Assembly: GCA_002269645.1 (NCBI GenBank)
Contig: NIVC01001533.1
Location: forward strand, 124,001-188,000
Reading direction: 5' to 3'
Origin: Macrostomum lignano
Lineage: Eukaryota
Length of the DNA stretch: 64,000 bases
Positions 11,724-25,181 of the stretch are shown here, one piece after another. Made by a program: the position numbers and the translations under genes. Positions within the stretch are counted from its first letter, which is position 1. Each line of letters starts with the position of its first letter. Under the pieces are notes generated by a model. The model was not told where the DNA came from. It worked only from the letters and a program-made list of their open reading frames with translations, and searched no databases.

Positions 11724-11860
11724 GTTTGCCAGCCGACGTTTGCCAGCGGGACGTTTGCCAGCCGACGTTTGCCAGCCGACGTTTGCCAGCCGACGTTTGC
11801 CAGCCGACGTTTGCCAGCCGGACATTTGCCAGCCGACGTTTGCCAGCCGGACATTTGCAG
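11724..11860 (+). repeat. 14-bp repeat GTTTGCCAGCCGAC, about 10 copies
   Basis: Directly visible. An inverted partner lies at 12659-12758. Confidence 0.95.
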
Positions 11861-12658
11861 GCGGCAATTGGTTAAAGAAGTTGCCCTCTCAGGCTTACAT
11901 GTATTTGCATTTGAAAACTGTGGACACAGCACTAATCTAATTCCCCTCGCTCCCTACTACTACAATGAAATATACAGGTTACTAACAAACTACTGTTCAG
12001 GCTTATTGAAGTTATTGCTCTTGTCTGCCTAAATAGGAAGGTAAAAATACAAAATAAGGAGTTTCCATCGTCACAGTTGATGTCTATGTATGCCATGGAA
12101 CGGCCCTTTCCATCTCAGTGGCCAAACAAGCTAAGTGTTTACAAGCTAAATGGGAAAAGACTGAGACATCCATAATGGTATTGGCCTAGTCTCGCCTATA
12201 TATACTTAACTCAAAAGCCAAACTCTGCTTAACGGAGTTTTGGCCATGACAGCGTGCACTTGACAAGCATCATTGGAATTAATTCGCTTACTTTTGGATC
12301 TCCCAATGAACTGGGAAATATATAAGCCAGAATTATCGTTTAGCAGATCTTTTATTTGCCCAAAACTTGGCTCGCTGGAGATTCCCGATTAAATTTGCGC
12401 GTCTTCATTCGCAAATCAAAAATCAAACATCTCAAACTGGGAAAAGCGATACAAAACTGTCAGAAGTAAACTTTATAATATTTTCACATTCAAAGAAATT
12501 ATTCTTAAACTAGATGCTAGATTGATGAACTGCATAATTTGTATAGATTTTGTTTTCGAACTTTTATACTTGCGAAAATGTTGGACTAAAAACCGGTTTT
12601 TTTCAAACCGCTAAATTGCGAATATTTCAGTATCAAATTTTTCACTCACTGACTTAAT

Positions 12659-12758
12659 GTCGGCTGGCAAACGTCGGCTGGCAAACGTCGGCTGGCAAAC
12701 GTCGGCTGGCAAACGTCCCGCAGGCAAACGTCGGCTGGCAAACGTCCTGCAGGCAAAC
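12659..12758 (-). repeat. 14-bp repeat GTCGGCTGGCAAAC (reverse complement of the 11724 array), about 7 copies
   Basis: Directly visible. Confidence 0.95.
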
Positions 12759-12760
12759 AT

Positions 12761-13485
12761 GGCTATCCAATTGCTGATGAGGCTGTTACTGATGAGGCTA
12801 TTGCTGATGAGGCTATTGCTGATGAGGCTATTACTGATGAGGCTATTGCTGATGAGGCTATTGCTGAGGAGGCTATTGCTGATGAGGCTATTACTGATGA
12901 GGCTATTGCTGATGAGGCTATTGCTGAGGAGGCTATTGCTGAGGAGGCTATTGCTGAGGAGGCTATTGCTGATGAGGCTATTGCTGATGAGGCTATTGCT
13001 GATGAGGCTATTGCTGATGGGGTTATTGCTGATGAGGCTATTGCTGATGAGGCTATTGCTGAGGAGGCTATTGCTGATGAGGCTATTGCTGATGGAGCTA
13101 TTGCTGATGAGGCTATTGCTGATGGAGCTATTGCTGATGAGGCTATTGCTGATGAGGCTATTGCTGATGGAGCTATTGCTGATGGAGCTATTGCTGATGA
13201 GGCTATTGCTGATGAGGCTATTGCTGATGGAGCTATTGCTGATGAGGCTATTGCTGATGGAGCTATTGCTGATGGAGCTATTGCTGATGAGGCTATTGCT
13301 GATGAGGCTATTGCTGATGGAGCTATTGCTGATGAGGCTATTGCTGATGGAGCTATTGCTGATGGAGCTATTGCTGATGAGGCTATTGCTGATGAGGCTA
13401 TTGCTGATGGAGCTATTGCTGATGGAGCTATTGCTGATGAGGCTATTGCTGATGAGGCTATTGCTGATGGAGCTATTGCTGATGG
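12761..13485. repeat. 15-bp minisatellite GCTATTGCTGAT(GAG/GGA), about 48 copies, same orientation as the 11191 array
   Basis: Directly visible. The GGA variant appears only in the distal part. Confidence 0.97.
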
Positions 13486-13530
13486 GACCAATATGCTGAC
13501 AAGGTGGTAATTGGACAAAAAACAGAGGGT

Positions 13531-14400
13531 CAATACTAATAATAATGATAATCTCATGAACCGCGCCAACCACACAAGTGGCCAAAATGGGGGCGTCAAA
13601 TCGCGCTCTTCAGGGCAAGGTCTCTGACGTGCTTCACGCCGGCTGCCTGGATGGGTGCTCGCGCATCATCGAAAAGACGGTCGATGCGCCTGCGAGGTTC
13701 CCTGCGGAGTCCACAGCAGGACGTCCTGCAGCGGCTCTGGGCAGAATTCTTCGGCCCGGATGACACGCCCGGCAAGCCGCAGACGTCGCTTGCGCGTCAG
13801 AGGCCGCGTCAGGCGCTCTCGCTGGTACAGGGAGTTGGTCGTCTCGCTGCGGGCGGCGCCGCGGCGGGCGCCGAACGCGGCATGAACCAGAGCCGCATGC
13901 GCCGCGTCGAGCTGCCTCTCGAGCGCCCCAGTCAGCGTCCAGGTCTCAGCATTGTACAGGAGGGCGGTCTCGACAACAGCCTGGAACAGCTGGGACCTGG
14001 CGCTGTCCGAAAGGGCCCCGAGAGCAGCACCGCTCGAACAGATCGAAAGGCAGCCCAGGTCTTGCCGCGCCGTCTCGCCAGGTCGTCGCTCACGTCTGGC
14101 ACCAGCCCGCCGAGGTAGAGGAACTGACAGCACTTCGGGAGCACCGTCCCAGGGCCGTCGCCGTCTGAGTCGTATCTCGGCGGGTAGATCGTGGGGCACC
14201 ATCAGCACCTCGGTCTTTTTGGCGTTGAGGACGAGACCGACTCTCGCAGCCGACGCAGTCAAGCCATCCAGCAGCCGTTGGGCGCCTTCGGCCGTCGTAG
14301 ACAGCAGGGCGAGGTCGTTCGCGTAGCAGAGGAGGGACAGCCTCTTCTCCGAGTGTCGCCGACTGGTGCGCCTTTGCAATAGAAAGCCTTCTCAGCGTCA
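13531..14400 (-). mobile_element. 5'-truncated, decayed RTE-like non-LTR retrotransposon (C-terminal RT part plus 3' end)
   Basis: RRTSRRHSEKRLSLLCYANDLALLSTTAEGAQRLLDGLTASAARVGLVLNAKKTEV (YADD mutated to YAND); frameshifted YLGG; LFQAVVETALLYNAETWTL. A short ATT-repeat tail at 13531-13552 is typical of RTE 3' ends. Confidence 0.85.
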
Positions 14401-15606
14401 GATGTTGGTTGCCAGGCAAGTTGCAGTTGCTCGACTGTGCGTCGGGCTTCTCAGACCTCCGAGTCGCTCGCCCAAACCGGAAGTCGCCGTGACGCGGGTG
14501 CCTTGGTCTTGCAGGGCGCGGAAATATCTTCTTCTGGGGCGATGGAGCGGTCAATGCAAGTGCTAATCGAACTAAATTTTTAATATCATTTAAATTTCAA
14601 ACATAAAAAGCTATTTTTATTTTCAAAGCTGACTACTGGACTAAGATGATATCAGTAGTCTCGTGCGCCAACTTTACGAGGTATTATTCTTTGCATTGTT
14701 GTTGAGACCAACATTGAAATGAGGTATAGGAATTTAACAGACATTCAATCCTCAACTTGAACGCAAGTCTGCACATTTAGCAGTGTTCTAAATGTAATTT
14801 TTATGATTATTTCTGCCAAGCCCGACTATAAACTGAAATTTTGAATCGCACGGCTCACTAAGCATGGAGGGGACTCCGCTGAGGAGCTGGGAAAATTGAA
14901 TTTCACTTCGAATAGCTCGAGCCCCCCCCCCCCAGTTTCTCCCGTTCTCTCTAAGTTTTTAGCCTGCAAGCTCGCAGTTTTTTCCAGATTCCTTCATCTA
15001 AATTCCCGCCATTTCCTTCCCAGCACTCCCTTTTCTTAGTTTGTACTTTTCACCCTCCCAAGAGGGGAGAATTCCCCCCTGCGGCTTGTGTTATCTCAGA
15101 CTCGCTGAGCAGAGGGAGAGAGAGGAGAGTTAGATAGCTCAGAAACTATATAGCCTATAGGAGCTCAGAAGACGCGATCAAGAGGCTGCGGAATCAATGA
15201 GTTTGTAGAATTTTGATTGACAGGCCTCTTGGCGATGTGTAGCGATTGCAGACTCACGCGCGCTCCGCGATGCTGCATGGCCTCAGCTGTGTCCTTACTT
15301 ACCCACTGGGAATGCCACTCCCCATTGTCCCAGTGCGCCCTGACATGCACTGAATGCAATTCAATATGCTCACTCAGACCCGCTGACAATGAGCTGCCGA
15401 GAGAGAGAGAGCTCTTCGCGCTAGAAGCTGTGACGATGCAGCTAGCTGGAAATCTTCTGTTAACCAAGCATTCATTTGAAATGATGCTGCCTGAGATTCT
15501 GCATTAATAAATTATAATGCTTGGACCGTGAGCCCGTGTAAGTAAGTAATACCATTCTTGCATGCACCACTTCTTGAACCAACCGCTTTACCGGGGTCTG
15601 ATACCC

Positions 15607-16842
15607 GGTCTGAGTGGACTCAGTCGGTTGGGTCTGAGTGGACTGAGTCGGTTGGGTCTGAGTGGACTGAGTCGGTTGGGTCTGAGTGGACTGAGTCGGT
15701 TGGGGTCTGAGTGGACTGAGTCGGTTGGGTCTGAGTGGACTGAGTCGGTTGGGGTCTGAGTGGACTGCGTCTGTTGGATCTGAGTGACTGAGTCGGTTGG
15801 AGTCTGAGTGACTGAGTCGGTTGGGTCTGAGTGACTGAGTCTGTTAAATCTGCGTGACTGAGTCGGTTGGGTCTGAGTGGACTGCGTCTGTTGGATCTGA
15901 GTGACTGAGTCGGTTGGGGTCTGAGTGGACTGAGTCGGTTGGGGTCTGAGTGGACTGAGTCGGTTGGGGTCTGAGTGACTGAGTCGGTTGGGGTCTGAGT
16001 GACTGAGTCGGTTGGGTCTGAGTGACTGAGTCTGTTAAATCTGCGTGACTGAGTCGGTTGGGGTCTGAGTGACTGAGTCGGTTGGGTCTGAGTGACTGAG
16101 TCGGTTGTGTCTGAGTGACTGAGTCGGTTGGGGTCTGAGTGACTGAGTCTGTTAAATCTGCGTGACTGAGTCGGTTGGGGTCTGAGTGACTGAGTCGGTT
16201 GGGTCTGAGTGACTGAGTCGGTTGTGTCTGAGTGACTGAGTCGGTTGGGGTCTGAGTGACTGAGTCTGTTAAATCTGCGTGACTGAGTCGGTTGGGTCTG
16301 AGTGACTGAGTCGGTTGGGTCTGAGTGACTGAGTCGGTTGGGTCTGAGTGACTGAGTCTGTTAAATCTGCGTGACTGAGTCGGTTGGGTCTGAGTGGACT
16401 GCGTCTGTTGGATCTGAGTGACTGAGTCGGTTGGGGTCTGAGTGGACTGAGTCGGTTGGGGTCTGAGTGACTGAGTCGGTTGGGGTCTGAGTGACTGAGT
16501 CGGTTGGGGTCTGAGTGACTGAGTCGGTTGGGGTCTGAGTGACTGAGTCGGTTGGGGTCTGAGTGACTGAGTCTGTTAAATCTGCGTGACTGAGTCGGTT
16601 GGGGTCTGAGTGACTGAGTCGGTTGGGTCTGAGTGACTGAGTCTGTTAAATCTGCGTGACTGAGTCGGTTGGGGTCTGAGTGACTGAGTCGGTTGGGTCT
16701 GAGTGACTGAGTCTGTTAAATCTGCGTGACTGAGTCGGTTGGGTCTGAGTGACTGAGTCGGTTGGGTCTGAGTGACTGAGTCGGTTGGGTCTGAGTGACT
16801 GAGTCGGTTGGGTCTGAGTGACTGAGTCGGTTGGGTCTGAGT
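15607..16842. repeat. ~22-25 bp minisatellite GTCTGAGTG(G)ACTGAGTCGGTTGG(G), with a periodically interspersed TCTGTTAAATCTGCGTGACT variant (higher-order structure)
   Basis: Directly visible. Confidence 0.95.
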
Positions 16843-19800
16843 GCAGAAACTAGATTTATAACTTTCTGTAAGATCGAGTGAGCTGCACTCCTTCTCAAGT
16901 TCAGTTTTGTACGGCCAACCAATACAGTTTTTAAAAACGTGCCAAAGGCAAACCAACTGTTTGTAAGGCGGAGGGAGGCCCGCATAGAAACAAAATAATC
17001 TGCAAGCCATGCAGCGACTACTATAAATTGGAATTAGATAAAGACTTGCTCACACCTGTTTTGAGCAGAGAACTGCAACAAGGCGGAGCAAAAAACGATT
17101 ATAATTTTTTTAGTTTTTTTTAATCTGCTTTCTTAGCGCGGGAGTGGGGTTGGGCTGTAACCAGCAGCTCAAATAGTTGACTCAGTTCCACAAACTCCCG
17201 ACAGGCCACTGCAGGCCCGAGAAGCGCTCTGTGCCCCGCCGAGACTGCTGAGTCTCATAACTGGCCCGTGCCTGTTTAAATCTCAACAGCGGCTCAAGCC
17301 GCTCAACGGTAACCGCATCTGGCTCTCACGTCGGCGTCACGACCCCTGGTTCAATTAATTCGGGACTTTCATACGAAAATTTCATCAGGGTGCCTACAGG
17401 CGTCCTGCAATCATTAATATTGATGACATGCTGTAAGAAGACAATGCATTGAGGCTACAGGAGTCGGAAACTTCGGCCCTCGGGTCCTTTGAAACTTCAC
17501 AATAGCAATCCGGCCCGGTCTGTGTCTCTTCTTATCTCTCTTCTCAGTTCTCTCCTCTCTCTACCCTCTCCTCTCTCATCTGGCCCGCAGCAATGATCTA
17601 GATTCGTTATCTGACCCCTGACGTAGAAAAAGCTCACCGACCCCAGATCTACGAGATCTATTTGATCGGTGGCAGAAAATGTGATCTTTATTTGACTTGA
17701 AAGTGAGATTAATTCTAAAAAATAATCGTCCAACCAAATCGAAGTTCTGATAACTTGAATAAAATTAGATGCAGAATTTTCTGAATTCTATAGGTGCAAA
17801 CTGAAAACATGCAGACAGCTGTCGGGAAATGGCCGGGGGAGCCCACGGTGCCCTGAACTCCACGACTCTCTATACAAGCCAAATTAGGTTTAGATGGGCC
17901 TCTCCGTCTCTCTTCTCTTCTCTCTCTAATAAAGAGACTGCTTGGCTGTGATCATTTGTTTGAATTCTCTACTCAGCACTGATAAGCAGGGCAGGCCTGT
18001 GAGCAGTTCTAACTGATAAATCATTCAGGCTTGCGGTATCTGTTGAAGCACTTGGGTGGACAGACAGGAACTTAGAAGACGTTTGGAACCTTAAGCTGAG
18101 TACACTGAGGCGGTCCTATGACTTTTATTGCGATCTGAAATCAGGCCTGGAAAGGATTTTTGGTTGGAAGGCGCCGAGCACCAAGGGGCGCCAGCACAGT
18201 ACCAATATACTTCTGGAAGCCAAGGTTGCATTTGACTTGAGGTTGATCTACAAGTCTGAATTGAATTAATTTCTTTGCTGGATGCGAGAAAAAGCGAAAG
18301 CACACAAGCAAAATTGAGCCTTCAAATAAATTGTCCCATATAGCAACGAGTGTTTTGCAGAGTCTTGCCTGGGCCTGGGACTGCATGGGACACAATCATG
18401 ATCCGCGGGGTCCAGAGCCGCGCTCTGAAGCTTATGGGGGGCTCAGCTTTATAGACGGTTGAATTTTTTTCCTAGTTTTTCTGCTTTTAGCCAAAAATCC
18501 GAGAGCAAAGTCGGAGGACGTTCTTATTATAGAGTTTCAGACTAGAAATATTGAGCAGAACTCATCAATTCTCTTAAGGCAGCAGTAGACGAGAGGAAGG
18601 TAGCAGTGCAGGCGGGAGGCGGTTCCTTCTCCCATGGCCAATGCACCTAAATCCCAACACCCTTTTTCTCCCTGAAATTCTGGAAGCAAGCTAGTTGTTA
18701 AAATATTCAAGCGCATATAGCGGGGGGGGCTGCAGAGCGGTATGAAAGAAAGAAAGTGAGAACGAAGCCATTGCTGTGACACGAAATCCGCGACTCTCTA
18801 AAGTCCGGACTGAATGGGGGCTGAGGCCGGGCTGCGCACGGGGAACGGGGGGGGAGAGTATTTGGGACGGGGACACGCGAGGGCCGTTGCTAATGGTTAC
18901 GCAGATCTTACCTACTAAGCTCCCCCCCTATCCAAACACAATGGGGCCCAGAGGTGAGCTGTGTGAGGGCGGCAGCTGCAGTGTCTGCAACTGCTGGATT
19001 CTGTCCTCCCAATGGCCTAGCCAGCCATTGAAGTGAATATGGTAGACAAAAAAGCATCCGGCCATTTCTTCCAACTCGCCTATTGTCAATGTCTGAATTA
19101 TGGGAACAATGAGAATTTTTTATATTCTATTATTCGCTTGTATTTCTTTTCATAGTTCAAAGAAATAAACAATAATGAAAAAGCAGGCATACTATGATAA
19201 TAAAAGGGCCGCCAGTGCGACCTTTGACTGATTTACTTAGGCAACAAGACCTGCTACCAGGTCGGCGTTCAAGCAACAGAATGCAATGCGGCATTCACAG
19301 TGAGCCAATTGACTAGGATTTTCGTTCAACAGCGTCGTTCAGTCCTCCATCGGACATCATTACCTGACAGTATTAGAGTTGGAAAACTATTTAAATATGA
19401 TAGTATTTATGTCCAATATTGTCAGGTAAGACGTCGTCAATAATCAACAGAGGATCAAATAATTATGATATGGGAGGGATGAAATGCTTGTTGCAAAACA
19501 AGTGAACTGATCTTTTACATTGACCTATATATACTAGAAAAAATTACCTTGTATAGGGTATAGATCTATAAATAATCAGTGAGTGAGCCGTTAAGAGTCT
19601 CATACACTTACCTTGAGTATATATATACTTTACTTGATTGAGAATAAAAGCAGACAAATGCTCTGAGAGTGGAGCCAGCTCAGAGTCAGCCAGTCTGGGG
19701 GGAGGACAGGGGGGCTGACCGGACCTGCATTTTAAGGCCTTCTCTGTACCCAAAGGGTGGAGAGGTGGGGGGGAGAGAAGGGGGCGGGAGCTGACAGGTA

Positions 19801-21911
19801 GACCCAGCTGGCCAACCAGAACGGCACACACACACACAGTTGGGTGCAGAGATGGGGTCCTGCTCCGGACAGCCCCAACTTTGTGCTTGCGTTGGAAGAA
19901 AAAAAAAGAGAAAAAAAATCAGGCAAATAAAATTCCAGCAGTCCTTGGACAACTTATAGTATAAAAATATGCAAAATCTGAAAGATCAAAAGATTTGAGC
20001 TAGACACCACTGTCGAAATTGACTCGCCAGGGAATCGCTTGTACCACCTCTCTTATACATAGTTCGAACTTCGAATACTTTTCGCAGCCATAAATTTAAT
20101 GGCCGAACCCATGGCAGAAGTAGAACAAAGAATAAAATACAACTGTAATATATCCTACAGAGACCTACTAGTGCGTAAATACGTCCTGTAAAGCTGGCAG
20201 GGTTATTGTTGTTATGCTTGAACAAGTCAAGAACAAAAAGCAATCTGGGCCGAGCGATCCGAGCACTGATAAAGCGGCATTCCCAAAAAAACTGGGTTTG
20301 AAGACTTCAGCCCCAGCTGTCTTGTCCAAAGACAAAGTACTCGTTAAATTCCCAGCCGCAAAAATTCTTCCTACAGGCAAAACCTTCCAATATACCTCTC
20401 CTCCTCTAAGCGGAGACACTCAAAACTGGGAGTGGAAATGGGATTTGCCAATTCCTGAGTTAAAGGGAACGGAGATGGAGACGAGAAGCTGAGCACTCCA
20501 TCCTGCACGCAGGTGGAGGACAGCGGGACTATGGGGTTAGTCGATCGGTTTTGCCTAGTCTCATGATTCTCTCCCAACCTCTCCTCCGCTCCGCTCCCTC
20601 CTTTCGGTTGTGCGCGCATCCCGCCAAGTGCATGCAGTACGCAGAGGGGCAGAGAGGAGCGGTGGCCCCCGCTGCTTGACTCCCCTACCCCCTTGACGTC
20701 CCTCAAGGCCCATAACTCCAAAGCAAACCCAGCTCTGTCAGGCGGGAGCAGCACTGTAAAGAATGCTGCAAGCGATTAAACGATTCCGTGCAGACACCCC
20801 CCTGCAGCCTCAGCTCCTCGTTACTATTTATGCCTTTAGTTGACGAATGACGAGTACGCGGATCGTTTTATGGATCGTACGGGACATTTGCAAGGTGGGG
20901 CTCACCGGTCAATACCTTAATAACGAGGTATGAATGCAGGTTGTGGGCGTTGTCGGTCTGTATGAGTAAATATAGTCTTACAGGCCAAAGCATGATCCCA
21001 CAGATCGATCAGTCAACTCAACCATTGCCCCTTTATGCTTTTTAACTGTTCTCTAACCGTAGTCGACAGCAAGCCATCTGTAGCGATGATGCGTTGGCTT
21101 CTACTATACTGGCTTGCAGAATGAAAGATGCAAAAAACCGACTCAAGCATCTCCATTCTCAACCTTGAACTGAACTAAGACAGGCACATGGCAGAGACAA
21201 TGGAGCATGTCTGGAACAAGAGGTAGCTGAGAGCTACACAGTATAAAAAATAAGTTAGCTAAAGCGAGAGGGAAAGAGCCGGCCTAGTCGAGAGAAACGG
21301 CAGCTGCAGTTGGTTTATCCCCCACAGTTTCAGGTGAGAGATTGGTGACAAAATATAGACTGTAGGGAAGTGAAGAGCGAGCGTGCTTAGGGGAGCGGTG
21401 TGCCTGTGCTGCAGCTGCCATTGTTTGGCTGCTTAGTACCCGGCTCAAACGCACAATAGGCCGGTTGTCAAGCCAAACAATAGCGGCAGCAGAAGCTGTC
21501 TGGAGGACTCAACTAACTGCATGCTTTGAGCTTCTACTCAAGTAACTAAAAGCGGGGATGCTTGGCTCATGAGCTGGGGTATTGCCACTGAAGGCACTGT
21601 TTTCCTACCCAACCCTTCATCTCCATGCATTTCCCGCACAATGCATTCATCAGCGATGGCTATAGCTGCAATGCCTGGCTTCACTAAAATTCCCTACTCT
21701 ACTGAGCACTCTCATCATTCTATGCTAGCAAACAAGCAGAGTACTTGACTCATCCATTTAGCTGTATTCTAGCATAGCGCAAGACAGATAGATGGAAATA
21801 ATGCAAGAAGATGTTTTAAATGGTAAAAACGAAACTAAAGGGAAGCAAATTTAGCGCAGGGCAAGTGCAGTAGGACGCCACACTCGGTTTATTTAGAATC
21901 GCTACTCCAGC

Positions 21912-23100
21912 CATTAGCAACAGCAGCAGCTGGTGTCTGTGGCCATAACCCCGGGGTTCGGACAATAGACTGTAGCTTATGCTGCTCTCAAGCATTAGCA
22001 ACAGCAGCAGCTGGTGTCTGTGGCCCTAATCCCGGAGTTCGGACAATAGACTGTAGCTTATGCTGCTCTCAAGCATTAGCAACAGCAGCAGCTGGTGTCT
22101 GTGGCCCTAATCCCGGAGTTCGGACCATAGACAGTAGCTTCTGCTGCTCTCAAGCATTAGCAACAGCAGCAGCTGGTGTCTGTGGCCCTAATCCCGGAGT
22201 TCGGACAATAGACTGTAGCTTATGCTGCTCTCAAGCATTAGCAACAGCAGCAGCTGGTGTCTGTGGCCCTAATCCTGGAGTTCGGACCATAGACTGTATA
22301 GCTTCTGCTGCTCTCAAGCATTAGCAACAGCAGCAGCTGGTGTCTGTGGCCCTAATCCCGGAGTTCGGACAATAGACTGTAGCTTATGCTGCTCTCAAGC
22401 ATTAGCAACAGCAGCAGCTGGTGTCTGTGGCCCTAATCCTGGAGTTCGGACCATAGACTGTATAGCTTCTGCTGCTCTCAAGCATTAGCAACAGCAGCAG
22501 CTGGTGTCTGTGGCCCTAATCCCGGAGTTCGGACCATAGACAGTAGCTTCTGCTGCTCTCAAGCATTAGCAACAGCAGCAGCTGGTGTCTGTGGCCCTAA
22601 TCCCGGAGTTCGGACCATAGACAGTAGCTTCTGCTGCTCTCAAGCATTAGCAACAGCAGCAGCTGGTGTCTGTGGCCCTAATCCCGGAGTTCGGACAATA
22701 GACTGTATAGCTTCTGCTGCTCTCAAGCATTAGCAACAGCAGCAGCTGGTGTCTGTGGCCCTAATCCCGGAGTTCGGACAATAGACTGTAGCTTCTGCTG
22801 CTCTCAAGCATTAGCAACAGCAGCAGCTGGTGTCTGTGGCCCTAATCCCGGAGTTCGGACCATAGACAGTAGCTTCTGCTGCTCTCAAGCATTAGCAACA
22901 GCAGCAGCTGGTGTCTGTGGCCCTAATCCCGGAGTTCGGACAATAGACTGTAGCTTATGCTGCTCTCAAGCATTAGCAACAGCAGCAGCTGGTGTCTGTG
23001 GCCCTAACCCTGGAGTTCGGACCATAGACTGTATAGCTTCTGCTGCTCTCAAGCATTAGCAGCAGCAGCAGCTTGGTGTCTGTGGCCCAAACCCCGGGGT
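21912..23100. repeat. 81/83-bp tandem repeat, about 14-15 copies
   Basis: Unit GCATTAGCAACAGCAGCAGCTGGTGTCTGTGGCCCTAATCCCGGAGTTCGGACAATAGACTGTAGCTTATGCTGCTCTCAA. Confidence 0.97.
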
Positions 23101-24186
23101 TTTCGGGGCCTCGGAGACGGCAGCTAAATACATTAGCGAATTGCTGGAGTGAAACTTCTGGGTAATACATGTATTAGCATCGGTGCTCAAGAGCCTATTA
23201 CAGTAAATTCTAGTTAGCTCATTTCTAAGAAAATAAGAGTCGACCGGTACATGCAGCGTCCTTCTAGGCTTCTATCTGCAGTCATCCCTGATTTAGTATT
23301 TGAGAATTGTGAGGGTGGAAAAGCTTTTTTATAAAGATATGGGTGTACACTGCGTTCCTAAAAACCTTTGACAACTCATTATTTTACCTGAGCACAAATT
23401 AATTTGTCTTCGGCAGATTGTCCCACCTGACTACCTTCTAGCCTAGTCGTGAAGCCAACGTAAAATCGATGTCGCAAACCAACACAATTATTTTGGTATG
23501 TTTTCGACTTTGTATTCGAATCGACATAAACATTTGAATTCAGCCATATTTATATAACAGGGCATAAGAATAATACTGATCTGGTTCGCTGAGCTGGTCA
23601 TAAGCATGAAAGCTCTGGCTAAATCATGGAGAACATATACTAAGACCCTGAGTTCGCCTGGTCAGAATAATTTATAACTTTTGTTTTAACATCTAAGGAT
23701 GCATAACACAGATTTTATCACTGCCACAGCAAAGACATTAGCGCTACAGCAGTCAATAATTGATTACTCAAAGCATCGAGCCAAATGCATTGCACAAAAC
23801 TTCGCTGCAGGGTTATATTAACCTACATGGTCACTTTTACATAGAAGGTTTGACATTTTAGCAATAAACAACACAGCCTTTAGAAAATTCGCCAGCTTTT
23901 CATGTGTTCAATCATCAATCAGTTAAAAATTCACGCCGATATGTTACTCTGTATTTGTTTAAATTTGATGCAATTTTACGAAACAGTTCCGTCTGTTCCG
24001 AGCATGGAAGACAAAACCAAATCAATTAATGTTAGCCAAACAAAACAAAAAGGGATAAAAATATCAAAGCCTAAAATAAAAATGCACGATTAAGGATACT
24101 ATAAAGAATATTCGGATTAGCCTACTCTAAGTAGCACGAAGCACTTTTTTGCTTTTCAATTATATTAGAGAACTGGAAATTCAGAT

Positions 24187-24543
24187 TCAGTTGGAAGGCG
24201 AACTGTACAACAGACAGGCGGCCACTGAAATGTGCAAGCAGGCCAGGTACACAGCAATGGCAAGGCTGGGCCAGGCTGACCAGAACCGGCAGGGCAGGAC
24301 TCGGCGGCGTCTGAACTGCGGCCGCGGCAGCTGCCGCACTCGTGAGGCCTGCGCTGGGGCTGGTGGCGGCTCTGCAACAAATAAATCTGCTTCATCTGCG
24401 TCGCTGGCGTCAGAGACGCCTTCAGCTGCAGCAGCGTGTCGCAGCTTCACCAGCTGGTCGGTGGCAAGTCTCAGACGGAAACGGAGCCCCGCCAGCTCCA
24501 GTGGCTGGTTGTCTACACGCAAAGTCTGCGTGGCAACTGAGGT
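24187..24543 (-). CDS. Terminal exon (118 aa + stop) with an ATQT motif, a BH3-like motif and a C-terminal hydrophobic tail; candidate BH3-only protein
   Basis: CTCCAG acceptor at 24544-24546, phase 0, GC-rich. Reads TSVATQTLRVDNQPLELAGLRFRLRLATDQLVKLRH...RRRRVLPCRFWSAWPSLAIAVYLACLHISVAACLLYSSPSN*. Confidence 0.6.
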   Translation of the reverse strand, partial: TSVATQTLRVDNQPLELAGLRFRLRLATDQLVKLRHAAAAEGVSDASDADEADLFVAEPPPAPAQASRVRQLPRPQFRRRRVLPCRFWSAWPSLAIAVYLACLHISVAACLLYSSPSN

Positions 24544-25181
24544 CTGGAGTGTTACACAATGGTACAATAACAGATTTCAACATGCAATTGTTGAGTATTT
24601 GCAGACATTCCAACTTTATTTCTTTCATTTTTCAAATTAGCAATTATCATTGAAAAGAATGCTTAGAACTATCTTATATCTAAAGCTGAGTGGATCGATT
24701 GATCGACCAGTAGACTGGGTTTAATGTATATTAATACTATAATCACAAAAAATTTTAACATTAAGTTTTAAGGAGGCTTAATAATTATATGTTAAACACT
24801 AGCTCTATCATTTAGTTTAAAAAATCTACAAAAAGTATATCCTTTGTATAAAAATTTCCAAGCAGTTTTCTAACTAAATGTATATATTTATTAGCATATA
24901 GGACAGGCTAAGTACTTTAACTGTTTATATTATTCTTTTCAAATAAAATAGTTACTTTACTGTAGTTTATACATTTACAGTATTAATAATATTAATATTT
25001 GTGCAGGGCGATCTATATTTCTACGATTCAATACTCTTAAATTCGTGCCAAAAAACTAAGCAAACGATTTGTTATAATATACATATTTTCCAAAATATTT
25101 TCGCGAATTAATTTTTGTTTAAAACTACTGAAAATTTTAGTATAAATAGATGCGATCTGAGCCAAGAGGAGAGCAACTTGC

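Noticed and set aside
11051-13599. Poly-MRLLL, poly-SSAIA and poly-ISNSL ORFs (antifreeze- or mucin-like look)
   Set aside because: A 15-bp DNA repeat is open in several frames on both strands, with no unique coding flanks or splice context.
13651-14326. Plus-strand ORFs of 76-155 aa
   Set aside because: Antisense frames of the GC-rich RTE fragment.
21912-23100. CRISPR-like appearance of the 81-bp array (and of the 29.4-kb array)
   Set aside because: The whole units are repeated, there are no unique spacers or cas genes, and the context is eukaryotic.
24187-24290. KASH domain at the C-terminus of the tail-anchored protein
   Set aside because: The luminal tail is too short and lacks the terminal PPPx motif.
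24149-24640. Plus-strand 163-aa ORF
   Set aside because: It is the antisense shadow of the GC-rich minus-strand exon, which has the splice acceptor and the interpretable motifs.
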